From the NCBI GenBank assembly GCA_043825875.1, contig JBDRRF010000023.1:1-33304 (forward strand): DNA of 33,304 nt. The letters run 5' to 3'. Source of the stretch: Pseudomonadota bacterium (lineage in GTDB: Bacteria > Desulfobacterota > Desulfobacteria > Desulfobacterales > RPRI01). Shown here piece after piece: positions 17,119-27,367 of the stretch. The notes beneath the pieces are model-generated. The model made no database searches, was not told where the DNA came from, and was given only the letters and a program-made list of their open reading frames with translations. Both the position numbers and the translations under genes were made by a program. Within the stretch, counting starts at the first letter, position 1. Every line of letters starts with the position of its first letter.

Positions 17119-18603
17119 ATGAAATATTTTGGAATAAATATATTGATTATTGTTATAATTTCTATGTTCTGCGGCCAGGTTTCAGCTAAATCCAATGTCA
17201 AAGAGGCTGTAGTTAAGATTTATACTGTAAGCAACTCCTATAATTATCATGAACCCTGGCAGATGTGGGGTCAGAAAATATTTAATGGTTCCGGATGTAT
17301 AATAAGCGGAAACAGGATATTAACAAATGCGCATGTTATAAGAGATCATACTTTTATCCAGGTACGGCGTTCAGGTGAGGCTAAAAAATACACGGCAGAA
17401 CCGGAAATAATTGCCCATGAATTGGATCTGGCAATTTTAAAAGTCAAAGACGAGTCATTTTTTGAGGGAACAGATCCAGTTGAAATAGGGGATTTGCCAG
17501 AAATAAAAGATAAAGTTACAGTTTACGGTTTTCCTGAAGGCGGGGATAAATTGTCTATTACTGAAGGAGTGGTTTCCAGAATAGAGCATACCAAATATTT
17601 TCACAGCAGCGCTTATTTACTTACCTGCCAGATTGATGCTGCGATAAATTCAGGTAATAGCGGAGGACCTGTCATTGATAAAGACAATAAAATTATTGGT
17701 GTTGCCTTTCAAGGATTTCTTGACGGACGTTATGATAACATTGGGTATATGATTCCGGCTCCGGTGATTAAGCATTTTTTTGATGATATCAAAGATAAAA
17801 AACTAGACGGAACTCCTGAAATCGGGTTATCAATGCAGAAAATGGAAAACCCGGATATGAGGCGTAAGTATCTTATGCCTGATAAGCAAACAGGAGTTTT
17901 GATTATTAAAGTTTATCCCGATTCACCGGCAGAAGGCGTATTAGAACCAAATGATATTTTGCTTTCAATAGAAGGCAACAATATAGAAAATGACGGAACA
18001 ATAGAATTCAGGCAGGGAGAAAGAACTTATTTCGGATATCTGATGCAACAAAAACAAATTAATTACCCGGCAGAATTTGAAATTCTTAGAAACGGAAAAG
18101 TAAAAGAAGTAACTATTAAACTCACAAAGCCAATTGATTATGGAAGACTGGTACCTTCGGAGAGATATGACCAGTCTCCAACCTATTATATTGTTGGAGG
18201 ACTTGTATTTGAAACTCTGACATTAAACTACCTTATGGAATATGGAAGCGAAAAAGACTGGTATATAAATGCACCAAAGGAACTTATAAATTTATACCTT
18301 AACGGTGAACCGACCGAGCAGCAAAGAGAGATCATAGTACTTGTCAAGGTTCTTGCTGATGAAATAAATGTGGGATATCATGATTTTGTTGATGCTATCA
18401 TAACTTCGGTTAATGGAGTAAAAATTTCAAGAATGGATGATCTTGTTAAAGGCTTTGAAAATAATAATGGTAAATACCATGTTATTGAAGATATTCATGG
18501 TTCAAAGATGGTATTGGATCGAAAGAAAATCGATGAAAATGGAAAAGGCATATTAAAAAAATATAATATCGCTTTAAGCAAATCAAAATATCTTCCACAT
18601 TAA
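17119..18603 (+). CDS. Periplasmic trypsin-like Deg/HtrA serine protease with PDZ domains (plant Deg2/Deg9-like type)
   Basis: Signal peptide; catalytic triad LTNAHV / DLAIL / AINSGNSGGP; PDZ region; YYIVGGLVF second PDZ-like domain. Confidence 0.9.
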   Translation: MKYFGINILIIVIISMFCGQVSAKSNVKEAVVKIYTVSNSYNYHEPWQMWGQKIFNGSGCIISGNRILTNAHVIRDHTFIQVRRSGEAKKYTAEPEIIAHELDLAILKVKDESFFEGTDPVEIGDLPEIKDKVTVYGFPEGGDKLSITEGVVSRIEHTKYFHSSAYLLTCQIDAAINSGNSGGPVIDKDNKIIGVAFQGFLDGRYDNIGYMIPAPVIKHFFDDIKDKKLDGTPEIGLSMQKMENPDMRRKYLMPDKQTGVLIIKVYPDSPAEGVLEPNDILLSIEGNNIENDGTIEFRQGERTYFGYLMQQKQINYPAEFEILRNGKVKEVTIKLTKPIDYGRLVPSERYDQSPTYYIVGGLVFETLTLNYLMEYGSEKDWYINAPKELINLYLNGEPTEQQREIIVLVKVLADEINVGYHDFVDAIITSVNGVKISRMDDLVKGFENNNGKYHVIEDIHGSKMVLDRKKIDENGKGILKKYNIALSKSKYLPH

Positions 18604-18671
18604 AGCAGGAAACAAGGATCGGTAAACGGGGTTCTTAAGATCAGGAAAGAAGAATGAATGGGCACAGGTTT

Positions 18672-18743
18672 GGGGCAGGTTTTGAACCTGCCCCTACAAG
18701 TATAGGTGCAAATAAGCCCATAGGGGCGGGTTCTAAACCCGCA
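18672..18743. repeat. Inverted pair of REP-like palindromes between convergent genes
   Basis: GGGGCAGGTTTTGAACCTGCCCCTAC (reverse complement starts with GTAG) and ATAGGGGCGGGTTCTAAACCCGCA. Confidence 0.7.
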
Positions 18744-18751
18744 CATGGCCC

Positions 18752-20173
18752 CTACCAGCCTATTGAGAGATACTTATCAATTGAATCGGCGGCTTTTCTT
18801 CCGGCCCCCATTGCAAGAATTACGGTTGCAGAACCGGTAACTATGTCACCACCAGCCCATACACCCTTCATCGAGGTTTTACCTGTTTCGTCATCAGCAA
18901 CAAGATATCCCCACTTATTCAAAGTCAGTTCAGGTGTAGACTGTGTAAGAATAGGATTAGGGCCTGTACCTACTGCTACAATAACAACATCACAGTCCAT
19001 TTTAAATTCCGAACCTTTTACCGGAACAGGACGCCGTCTTCCGGACTGATCCGGCTCTCCCAGTTCCATTTTAAGGCATTCCATACCGGTAAGCCTTCCC
19101 TTTTCGTCTCCAAAAAATTGGGTTGGAGCTGTAAGCAGAAAGAATTCTATACCCTCTTCATCAGCATGATGAATTTCGGCTTTTCTTGCGGGCATTTCCT
19201 GTCTTGACCTTCTATATACTATTTTAACATTGTCAGCACCAAGGCGCATGGCAGTTCTTGCAGAGTCCATCGCAACATTTCCTGCACCAAGCACAACAAC
19301 ATTTTTACCTTTTATGATGGGTGTGTCATATTCGGGAAATAAATATGCTTTCATTAAGTTTGCGCGTGTCAAGTATTCGTTTGCAGAAAGAATCCCGATA
19401 AGGTTTTCGCCAGGAATATTCATAAAAGTGGGAAGTCCGGCGCCTACACCCACAAAAATCGCGTCATAACCCTGTTCAAACAGCTCCTCAAGGCTTACGG
19501 TTCTTCCAACAACATTATTGCACTCAACTTTAGCACCGAGTTTTTCTAAAAAAGCCACTTCAGAAAATACTATTTCTTTAGGAAGTCTGAATTCCGGAAT
19601 TCCGTATACAAGCACACCGCCCGGTTTATGAAAAGCTTCTAAAACTGTAACTTCATGCCCTTTTCTGATAAGATCGGCTGCGACAGTAAGCCCGGCAGGA
19701 CCTGAACCGACAACTGCAACCTTCTTGCCTGTTGAAGGTACGCTTGGCGGAAGTTCGCCTTTGCCGTTATTTCTTTCATAATCTGCGGCAAATCTTTCCA
19801 GATTACCTATTGCAACAGGATCACCTTTTTTGCCGACAACACATAAGCCTTCACACTGAATTTCCTGCGGACAAACCCTTCCGCAAACAGCCGGAAGGCT
19901 GTTCTTCTGCCATATAACCCTGATAGCTTTTGCAAAATCGCCTTCCACAATACAGCTAATAAAGCCAGGTATATCCACCTGAACCGGACAACCCTCAACG
20001 CAGCTTGGTTTTTTACATTGCAGGCATCTTTGAGCTTCCAACTTCGCAGTTTCAACGGAATATCCAACAGGAACTTCCTTGAAATTTCTTCTTCTAACAT
20101 CAGGAGCCTGCTCTTCCATTGGCTGCCTGGGAATCACTTCTTTTTTAGGTTTCTTTACTACTTCTTCAGCCAT
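18752..20173 (-). CDS. nfnB: NfnB/SudA-type large subunit (GltD-like NADPH oxidoreductase) of the electron-bifurcating transhydrogenase
   Basis: RCLQCKKPSCVEGCP, CGRVCPQEIQCE, GSGPAG, GAGNVAMD; adjacent to an NfnA-like gene; no gltB nearby. Confidence 0.85.
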   Translation of the reverse strand: MAEEVVKKPKKEVIPRQPMEEQAPDVRRRNFKEVPVGYSVETAKLEAQRCLQCKKPSCVEGCPVQVDIPGFISCIVEGDFAKAIRVIWQKNSLPAVCGRVCPQEIQCEGLCVVGKKGDPVAIGNLERFAADYERNNGKGELPPSVPSTGKKVAVVGSGPAGLTVAADLIRKGHEVTVLEAFHKPGGVLVYGIPEFRLPKEIVFSEVAFLEKLGAKVECNNVVGRTVSLEELFEQGYDAIFVGVGAGLPTFMNIPGENLIGILSANEYLTRANLMKAYLFPEYDTPIIKGKNVVVLGAGNVAMDSARTAMRLGADNVKIVYRRSRQEMPARKAEIHHADEEGIEFFLLTAPTQFFGDEKGRLTGMECLKMELGEPDQSGRRRPVPVKGSEFKMDCDVVIVAVGTGPNPILTQSTPELTLNKWGYLVADDETGKTSMKGVWAGGDIVTGSATVILAMGAGRKAADSIDKYLSIGW

Positions 20174-20243
20174 TTAACCCTCCGTATAAGAATTTTTTTA
20201 CAAATTCTATATTCTTTAATCCGTTATAAAAAAATCGGAAATT

Positions 20244-21074
20244 CTATTGTTTTAAATTACAAAATGCATCATGGCACTCTTTTTCCTCGTCACAATATGC
20301 CCGCAAACGGTTCATCAATTCGTCAAAATCAACCTCGTGACCGTCGAATTCAGGTCCATCCACACACGCAAATTTTGTTTCTCCGCCTACAGACACCCGG
20401 CATCCGCCACACATACCGGTGCCATCAATCATTATAGGATTAAGGCTTACAAGCGTTTTGACATTAAATTCTTTAGTCATTTTGGATACAAATTTCATCA
20501 TAGGAACAGGCCCGATAGCAACCGCAAGCTTGACATCCTGTGTTTCCAGCGTTTTTTTCAAAACATCCGTAACAAATCCATGATGCCCGTAAGATCCGTC
20601 ATCGGTACATACATGAAGCTCAGTTGATGCCGCTTTCATACGATCTTCAAGAATAAGTAAGTCCTTGTTTCGGGAGCCGATAATTGCTATAACATGGTTT
20701 CCTGCTTCTTTAAGGGCTTTGGTAATAGGATGCAAAACAGCAACACCCGTACCACCTCCAACACAAACAACAGTTCCGAGATTCTCAATATGAGTAGGTT
20801 TTCCAAGAGGCCCGATTACATCCATATAGCCTTCTCCAACCTTGAGCGTTTTAAAAAGAGCAGTGGATTTTCCTACAACCATATATATAATTGTGATTGT
20901 ACCTTTATCCGGATTGGTATCCGCCATTGTAAGCGGAACCCTCTCGCCTGTTTCATTAGCCTTTATGATAACAAACTGGCCGGGTTTTGCCTTTTTGGCT
21001 ATTAAAGGAGCTTCGATTTCATTTAAAATCACAGTGCCCCCAGCCATCTCTTCGCGATTTACAATTTTAAACAT
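20244..21074 (-). CDS. nfnA: NfnA/SudB-type small subunit (PyrK-like FAD/NAD, 2Fe-2S)
   Basis: KPGQFVI, ERVPLT, GPLG, GGGTG, DGTGMCGGCR, ACVDGPEF. Confidence 0.85.
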   Translation of the reverse strand: MFKIVNREEMAGGTVILNEIEAPLIAKKAKPGQFVIIKANETGERVPLTMADTNPDKGTITIIYMVVGKSTALFKTLKVGEGYMDVIGPLGKPTHIENLGTVVCVGGGTGVAVLHPITKALKEAGNHVIAIIGSRNKDLLILEDRMKAASTELHVCTDDGSYGHHGFVTDVLKKTLETQDVKLAVAIGPVPMMKFVSKMTKEFNVKTLVSLNPIMIDGTGMCGGCRVSVGGETKFACVDGPEFDGHEVDFDELMNRLRAYCDEEKECHDAFCNLKQ

Positions 21075-21499
21075 TGTTTATTACCTCCGACACAAAATAT
21101 TATGTTAATACTACAATTCTAAAAAATTAGGTTACTGTATGAAAATAAAATACACCTCAACGATTTTGACGAAAACATATTCTTTTAATTAAATCAACTT
21201 TAATTTATAAAAAAATAAAACTGCAAAAATTAAAGCACATACAATATTATTTCTTACTATTATAAAAACTATCATGCATTAAGAGTTCAAGTGAACCCAC
21301 AATGCTAATCTTCTTTACCATAGTATTTCTTTAAAACTTCTTGATCTGTAAGCAGAAGCAGCTTATGTTGTAATCATGAAAAAAATTATATTAAGTTATT
21401 GTTGATAAACTTTTTTTTTAATGTTAAGCGCTCAAATACTGCTGTATATATTTTATATATTCATAATTACTCCAATTTCAACAAGTTAAGGTGTTATAA

Positions 21500-22285
21500 A
21501 TGAGGTTTTTTGATAGTCACTGCCATTTGGATGATAGAGCATATGATAAAGATTTGTCTTCGGTAGTAAATAGAGCAAAAAAAGCAGGCGTTTCAAAAAT
21601 AATGATTGTCGGAATAGACATGAAAAGCTCTCTTAAAGCAGTTAGCATTGCAGAATCAAATGCCGGATTTTACGCCTCGGTAGGTGTCCATCCCCATGAC
21701 TCTAAAGAATGCAGCGATAACATAATCAACTACTTGAAAGATCTTGCAGAAAACGTAAAAGTCAAAGCATGGGGTGAGATCGGCCTTGATTATAATCGGA
21801 TGTTCTCACCAATTGAAACACAGGAAAAGTGGTTTATCAGGCAGCTTGAAGCAGCTGAGGAGCTCTCCCTTCCAATAATATTTCATGAAAGAGGCAGTAA
21901 CGGCAGGTTTTTCGAAATCTTAAAAGACCATAACAAAGAAGAAATCAAAGGGGTCATACACTGTTTCAGCGGAAACCGAAAAGAACTTGAAGAATGTCTC
22001 GATCTTGGTCTCTATATAGGTATTACCGGCATACTAACAATAACAAACCGTGGCGAAGAGTTAAGAAATATGATACCCCTCATTCCTAACGACCGTCTCC
22101 TTATAGAAACAGACGCTCCTTATCTTACACCGGCTCCTGAAAAAAACAAAACCCGCCGCAATGAACCAGCTTTTGTGAAATCGGTTTTTTTAAAACTTGC
22201 CGAAATAAAAAAGGAAGATCCCGAAAGTTTGTCTGAAAAAATCTTTGAAAATACCTGCAGATTATTTAATATCAGCCAGGTATGA
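21500..22285 (+). CDS. tatD: TatD family hydrolase
   Basis: DSHCH, GVHPH, GEIGLD, IHCFSG, ETDAPYL, RNEP. Confidence 0.93.
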   Translation: MRFFDSHCHLDDRAYDKDLSSVVNRAKKAGVSKIMIVGIDMKSSLKAVSIAESNAGFYASVGVHPHDSKECSDNIINYLKDLAENVKVKAWGEIGLDYNRMFSPIETQEKWFIRQLEAAEELSLPIIFHERGSNGRFFEILKDHNKEEIKGVIHCFSGNRKELEECLDLGLYIGITGILTITNRGEELRNMIPLIPNDRLLIETDAPYLTPAPEKNKTRRNEPAFVKSVFLKLAEIKKEDPESLSEKIFENTCRLFNISQV

Positions 22286-22595
22286 TTTCATCCAATAGTT
22301 ATCAAAGTATTTTCTGGGTTATCCTGTATAAGCCAATGAAGCAATTTGCTTATAATTAATCAATGTTATAGATATTTCCCAAAATATAAAAAAAATCTTT
22401 CCTATAAAATTCTTTTATGATATGAGTTAAGGCTTGAATAATTGTCAAGATTCGGATAAACGAAAAATTTACTAAATAGTTATAGGAAGATAAAATAAAA
22501 TATTATCAAACACCGGCAAAACAAGAGCAACATAAGTTTCGTTTCATGGTTTGTGGGTGTATGATGTGTTTATTCTCAAGGGGAGGAAGTGTTTT

Positions 22596-23009
22596 ATGAA
22601 GCAAATTAAAGCGATAATTTCAAAAATTGGCCTCGACGGACATGATGTAGGAGCCAAGATTGTAAGCGCAATGTTGCGTGATGCCGGTATGGAAGTGGTT
22701 TATCTAGGAAGATTTCAAAGTCCCGAATCAATTTTTAAGGCCACTGTGGAAGAAGATGCAGATGTTATTGGCATAAGCTGCCAGTCATCAAATCATACCA
22801 GACTGGTTCCCAAGCTGATCGATATGTTAAGAAAAGAGGGAATGGACCATGTTGTCATAGTTGTAGGCGGAACGATTCCGGATCCTTTTCCTGATGAACT
22901 CAAGGCATTGGGTGTAGACGCAGTTATCGGGCCAGGTACAATGTCAAATGTAATAGTAGAAACAATTACATCCCTTGTTGCAAAGAAGCAAAAAGGAGCC
23001 TCTGCCTAA
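22596..23009 (+). CDS. Cobalamin-binding small subunit of an acyl-CoA mutase
   Basis: DxHxxG motif GLDGHDVGAK and VVGGTIP; GGGAGG RBS before the ATG at 22596. Confidence 0.92.
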   Translation: MKQIKAIISKIGLDGHDVGAKIVSAMLRDAGMEVVYLGRFQSPESIFKATVEEDADVIGISCQSSNHTRLVPKLIDMLRKEGMDHVVIVVGGTIPDPFPDELKALGVDAVIGPGTMSNVIVETITSLVAKKQKGASA

Positions 23010-23170
23010 GGCCGGGATAGCCTGAAACAGAAACAAAGGATAAAAAAATATTTTGACTTGCCATTTTACCTTAAAAACGGCTGTCTGACAGGCCGGGCTT
23101 TTGGGGGATGAAGTTTTTGGCACATAAAGATTTATTATTGGATTTTTAATCCTGTCAGGGAGGAGTAAAT

Positions 23171-24814
23171 ATGAAAACAACGATTCAGGAAGACGCAAAC
23201 AGGAAGTTTGAATCGGCTTCAGGCATACCATTAAAAGAGATGTATAGGCCTGAAGACTTAAAAGATTTTGATTATGACAGGGATCTGGGTGAAGCCGGGG
23301 AATTCCCTTATACAAGAGGTTTATATAAGGGAATGTTTCGAAACAGAATCTGGACAAGAAGATTTCTTTCAGGATTCGGTTCGGCAAAAGATTCCATGGA
23401 AAGACTGAAGTATCTGGCCAGCATAGGTTCGGAAGGAGTTGAGGTTGTAAATGATTATCCCACCCAGGTCGGAATTGACGGAGATCATCCCATGGCAGTT
23501 GATGAAGTGGGTCTGGTGGGTATACCGGTAACCTCAATGGATGATACGGAAACCATCCTGGAAGGTTTCCCTCTTGACAGCACAACAATCACTTTCGAAT
23601 CATCAGGGGCAAGCGGTCCGGTTTTACCCTGTATGTTTTTTGCTATGGCGCAAAAGCAGGGCATTCCTCTTACAGCATTAAACGGCGGTGCAGCTCTGAA
23701 TTTATATTGCCAGTATTACAGCGGTTTTGTAACACCCCAACCTCTGGATTTATGGTCAAAACTGGCGGTTGATGTGGTGGAATTTTGTTCAAAAAACAAA
23801 TTGAGAGTTGCGACTTTTCATACAAGCGCACACAATGTATCAGAAGAAGGAACGCCAGGTGTTATGGAAACAGCCTTGGGGTTTGCTTCCACAATAGCAT
23901 TTGCCGACCGCCTTGTAGAGCGCGGATTAAATTTTGATGAATTTGCAAACAGAGTTCCTTTTACATTTACAATATGGATGGATTTTTTTGAAGAGGTTGC
24001 CAAATTCAGGGCTGCAAGAAGAATATGGGCAAAAATAGCAAGAGAAAGATACGGCTCCAAGAATCCGAGAGCACAAAAGCTTTATATAGCTGCACGGGTA
24101 TCGGGACTTACAGCTATAGCTCAGCAGCCTCTTAACAACATAGCACGGGTTGCCGTTCAGCTTATGTCGGCTGCTCTTGGCGGATGTAATGCCATTGACC
24201 CTGTAATGTATGATGAGCCTTTATGTCTGCCTACGGAAGAGGCAACCAGAATCGGGATGTGCACACAAAACATTCTTGCTTATGAAACCGGAATTGCCAA
24301 TGTAGTTGATCCTCTTGCCGGCTCTTACTATGTTGAGTGGCTTACGAACGAAGTAGAAAAGAGGTCATGGGAACTTCTTCAGAAGATACTTGACAAGGGA
24401 GGTCTTGAAGAAGGTGTTAAAGACGGTTGGATAAGAGCAATGATAGACGAGGCCGCTTTAAAGCGTCAAAGAGATATAGAAAGCGGAGACATGAAACTTG
24501 TAGGGATTAACGATTTGGTGGTTCCGCCTGAACAAGACCATAAAATTTCCATTCATGTGGTATCGAAGGCTTCGACTGCTGAACAGGTACAGAGAGTAAG
24601 AGACATAAAAAAGAAGAGAAATAATAATAACGTTAAAGAATTAATGAAAAAACTGGTAGAAGAAGATAAACAGGGAAATGTTAATCTTACTCCAACCATG
24701 ATAGAAGCCTGCAAGGAATATGCAACTATAGGCGAAATATGGGGTTCATTAAGAGTAGGCCGTGGTCATCATTATGACCCGTTTGAAATGATTGAATCGC
24801 CTTTTAAAGATTAA
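23171..24814 (+). CDS. B12-dependent acyl-CoA mutase large subunit (methylmalonyl-CoA mutase family), substrate uncertain
   Basis: GEFPYTRG, FFEEVAKFRAARRIWA, QQPLNNIAR, DPLAGSYYVE; specificity residues are non-canonical. Confidence 0.9.
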   Translation: MKTTIQEDANRKFESASGIPLKEMYRPEDLKDFDYDRDLGEAGEFPYTRGLYKGMFRNRIWTRRFLSGFGSAKDSMERLKYLASIGSEGVEVVNDYPTQVGIDGDHPMAVDEVGLVGIPVTSMDDTETILEGFPLDSTTITFESSGASGPVLPCMFFAMAQKQGIPLTALNGGAALNLYCQYYSGFVTPQPLDLWSKLAVDVVEFCSKNKLRVATFHTSAHNVSEEGTPGVMETALGFASTIAFADRLVERGLNFDEFANRVPFTFTIWMDFFEEVAKFRAARRIWAKIARERYGSKNPRAQKLYIAARVSGLTAIAQQPLNNIARVAVQLMSAALGGCNAIDPVMYDEPLCLPTEEATRIGMCTQNILAYETGIANVVDPLAGSYYVEWLTNEVEKRSWELLQKILDKGGLEEGVKDGWIRAMIDEAALKRQRDIESGDMKLVGINDLVVPPEQDHKISIHVVSKASTAEQVQRVRDIKKKRNNNNVKELMKKLVEEDKQGNVNLTPTMIEACKEYATIGEIWGSLRVGRGHHYDPFEMIESPFKD

Positions 24815-24874
24815 AGTAAACCAAAATTAAAATATGGGTGTTTGGTAAATTCTGAAAAACCCGAGAAAATAAAG

Positions 24875-24914
24875 ACGGCTTCGTTTTAAAGCAAATAAGC
24901 TTTTACGAAGCCGT
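24875..24914. terminator. Bidirectional intrinsic terminator
   Basis: ACGGCTTCGT / ACGAAGCCGT stem between convergent genes, with A/T-rich flanks. Confidence 0.75.
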
Positions 24915-24940
24915 TTTGATTTTTTATCGTAAAAACTATT

Positions 24941-25270
24941 TCAGGAATGTTCCAATATCTTTTTGAATCGGGAAACAGATTTTTTCAGAATGGAATCCAT
25001 TTCCTTTACCATCTGATCATATTCATGAAGAAGTGCCTTTCCTTTGCTTGTAAGACACATGCCTTTGCCATAAGGCTCGACCAGTTTAATATTCAGACGT
25101 TGTTCCGAAGCCTTCAACCGTCCCCATGCACCGCGGTACGACATATTTACTTTCTTTACTGCTGCACTCAAGCTTTTGCATTCATCTATAGCCCGGAGCA
25201 GTTCTTCACGACCTTTTCCAAATACTACATGGTCATCTTTTTCCAACCAGATTTTATGTTTGATATCCAT
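24941..25270 (-). CDS. Stand-alone ModE N-terminal-type winged-helix regulator
   Basis: IWLE...FGKGREELLRAI...SLSAA...MSYRGAWGRLKASE; no TOBE domains; RBS spacing favours the ATG at 25270. Confidence 0.85.
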   Translation of the reverse strand: MDIKHKIWLEKDDHVVFGKGREELLRAIDECKSLSAAVKKVNMSYRGAWGRLKASEQRLNIKLVEPYGKGMCLTSKGKALLHEYDQMVKEMDSILKKSVSRFKKILEHS

Positions 25271-25299
25271 AAACATCTCCCCAATGCTACCTGTCTTTT

Positions 25300-26490
25300 C
25301 TACTTTGCCATAAGATGTGCTACTGCTTTTTCCAAACCATCAATAGAAAGCTCAAACATAGGTATTATACTGGCTATGGCAACAATTGTTTGTGTATAGC
25401 CCCACATGTGTGCCGGAATAGGGTTGAGCCATATGGAATGACGAAAATTTTTAGCAAGAAATTTAAGGCATTCAACGCTTGGTTGTCCACTTCTGTCCTC
25501 AATATGGATTGTTCCGTTTCTGGCCATAAGTTCATAAGGAGCCATACTGGCATCTCCAACAATAATCAGTCTTGTCTCAGAATCAAGCTTTGCAAACTCA
25601 TCTATTTTTTTAGGTCTTTTAAATCTTGATGTATCCAACCAGATTGTATCATAAATAGTATTATGAAAAAAATAAGTCTTTATATCCTTAAACTGGGCTC
25701 TTGCATAATCAAACAGAGTCTGTACTATATTTACATAAGGCTCCATAGACCAGCCGCCGTTATCTATGGCTATAATGATTTTTAACCGGTCTTTTAGAAT
25801 CCTGTCAAAAACAATTTCAATCTCGCCGGCATTTTTCATAGTTTGATAAATTGTTTTATCTACATTCACCCTGTCTTTAGGCCCTGAAGGAATCATATGC
25901 CTTAAGCGTTTAAGCGCCTCCCCGATCATTGCCTGAGAAAGGGGACCGCTTAAAGAATAATCCTTATACCTTCTTTCCATGGCGACCTTAACAGCTGATT
26001 TGTTTCTTGAAACTCCTCCTACCCGCATACCCCCTGGATGATACCCTGAATGTCCTACAGGTGAAGTTCCGCCGGTTCCAATCCACTTGCTTCCACCTTC
26101 ATGCCGGCCGTCCTGTTCTTCCAATCGTTTCTTAAAGTATTCTATCAACTCCTCAGGTGAAAGCTTTGATATCTCAGATTCATCAATACCCAGAGCAGAA
26201 GCAAGTGTCTTGGGATTTTTAAGCCATTCTTCGAGCATTGATCTTGCCAGCTCATCAAGCTCAACACCAGTATAATCGGGCAATTCGGCCCCTTCGAAAT
26301 GATGGGCAAAAACCTGATCATAAAGGTCGAAATATCTTTCACTTTTCACAAGAGTTGCGCGTGAAGTCGTATAAAAGTCATCAAGAGAAGATACAAGTCC
26401 TCGGCTTAGAGCCTTATGAAGCGTAAGAAAGGATGTTGGACTAACAGGAATGCCTACCTCTTTTAATTTATAGAAAAATCCAATGAACAT
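25300..26490 (-). CDS. VWA-domain (CoxE-like) partner of MoxR
   Basis: KWIGTGGTSPVGHSG, MIDAS-like DNGGWSM, YFFHNTIY, VGDASMAPYEL, WLNP. Confidence 0.85.
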   Translation of the reverse strand: MFIGFFYKLKEVGIPVSPTSFLTLHKALSRGLVSSLDDFYTTSRATLVKSERYFDLYDQVFAHHFEGAELPDYTGVELDELARSMLEEWLKNPKTLASALGIDESEISKLSPEELIEYFKKRLEEQDGRHEGGSKWIGTGGTSPVGHSGYHPGGMRVGGVSRNKSAVKVAMERRYKDYSLSGPLSQAMIGEALKRLRHMIPSGPKDRVNVDKTIYQTMKNAGEIEIVFDRILKDRLKIIIAIDNGGWSMEPYVNIVQTLFDYARAQFKDIKTYFFHNTIYDTIWLDTSRFKRPKKIDEFAKLDSETRLIIVGDASMAPYELMARNGTIHIEDRSGQPSVECLKFLAKNFRHSIWLNPIPAHMWGYTQTIVAIASIIPMFELSIDGLEKAVAHLMAK

Positions 26491-26503
26491 GATAAATTCC
26501 TGT

Positions 26504-27352
26504 TTAAATAATTCTTCTGCGGCTTACCGTATTGATTGCTCTTGCATAATCCGGGCTCTTTTTAAACAGGATGCCTAGATATGGAATATCACCTTTCGCG
26601 AGATTTTTTGGCTTAAAATCAGGATCAGACTTTAACGCTCTTATCCAATTTATAAGCTCCCTCGTGGCAGGTCGTTTTTCAATTGCTTCCAACTCACGTA
26701 ATTTGTAAAAAACATTCACAGAATTTTCCATCAAATCCGAGTCAATATCGGCAAAATGCACTTTGATTATTTTTCTCATCATTTTTGGATCAGGAAAGGC
26801 GATATGATGAAAATTACATCTTCCGAGGAAGGGATCCGAAAGATCTTTCTTGGCATTTGAGGTTATTATGATAACCGGACGGTGTTTAGTAGTAATTGTT
26901 TTGTCAATTTCAATAATATCAAATTCCATCTGGTCGAGAACATCGAGCATATCATCCTGAAAATCAGTGTCCGCCTTATCTATCTCATCTATTAACAGAA
27001 TTGTTCTTTTGTCGGCTTTAAAAGCCTGACCGATTTTCCCCATCTTGATATAATCTTCAATATTGCTTACATCTTTATTAGAATCACCAAAGCGGCTATC
27101 ATTTAAGCGTGTAAGAGTGTCGTACTGGTACAGGGCATCAATTAACTTCATGCTGGACTTCACATTAAGAGTAATGAGCGGCATGCCAAGAGTGTCGGCA
27201 ATGGCATGGGCAAGCATTGTTTTACCGGTACCGGGTTCACCCTTTAAAAGCAGCGGCATTTCAAGAGCCATAGATATATTTACTATCTTGGCAAGTTCTT
27301 CATCCAAAACATAGTGTTTTGCACCTGAAAAAGTTTTTTTATCACTAACCAT
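26504..27352 (-). CDS. MoxR-family AAA+ ATPase
   Basis: Walker A GEPGTGKT, Walker B LLIDEIDKAD, IITSN. Confidence 0.9.
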   Translation of the reverse strand: MVSDKKTFSGAKHYVLDEELAKIVNISMALEMPLLLKGEPGTGKTMLAHAIADTLGMPLITLNVKSSMKLIDALYQYDTLTRLNDSRFGDSNKDVSNIEDYIKMGKIGQAFKADKRTILLIDEIDKADTDFQDDMLDVLDQMEFDIIEIDKTITTKHRPVIIITSNAKKDLSDPFLGRCNFHHIAFPDPKMMRKIIKVHFADIDSDLMENSVNVFYKLRELEAIEKRPATRELINWIRALKSDPDFKPKNLAKGDIPYLGILFKKSPDYARAINTVSRRRII

Positions 27353-27367
27353 TTTTTATCCTCTTCT

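Noticed and set aside
18654..19049. 131-aa plus-strand ORF
   Set aside because: It starts within the REP pair and runs antisense to nfnB.
18752..20173. Glutamate synthase small subunit (gltD/gltA) annotation
   Set aside because: There is no large subunit, and pairing with a PyrK-like gene fits NfnAB/SudAB better.
22290..23170. Cobalamin riboswitch or sigma54 promoter near the mutase genes
   Set aside because: No B12-box core is visible, and TGGCAC at ~23118 lacks a correctly spaced TTGC.
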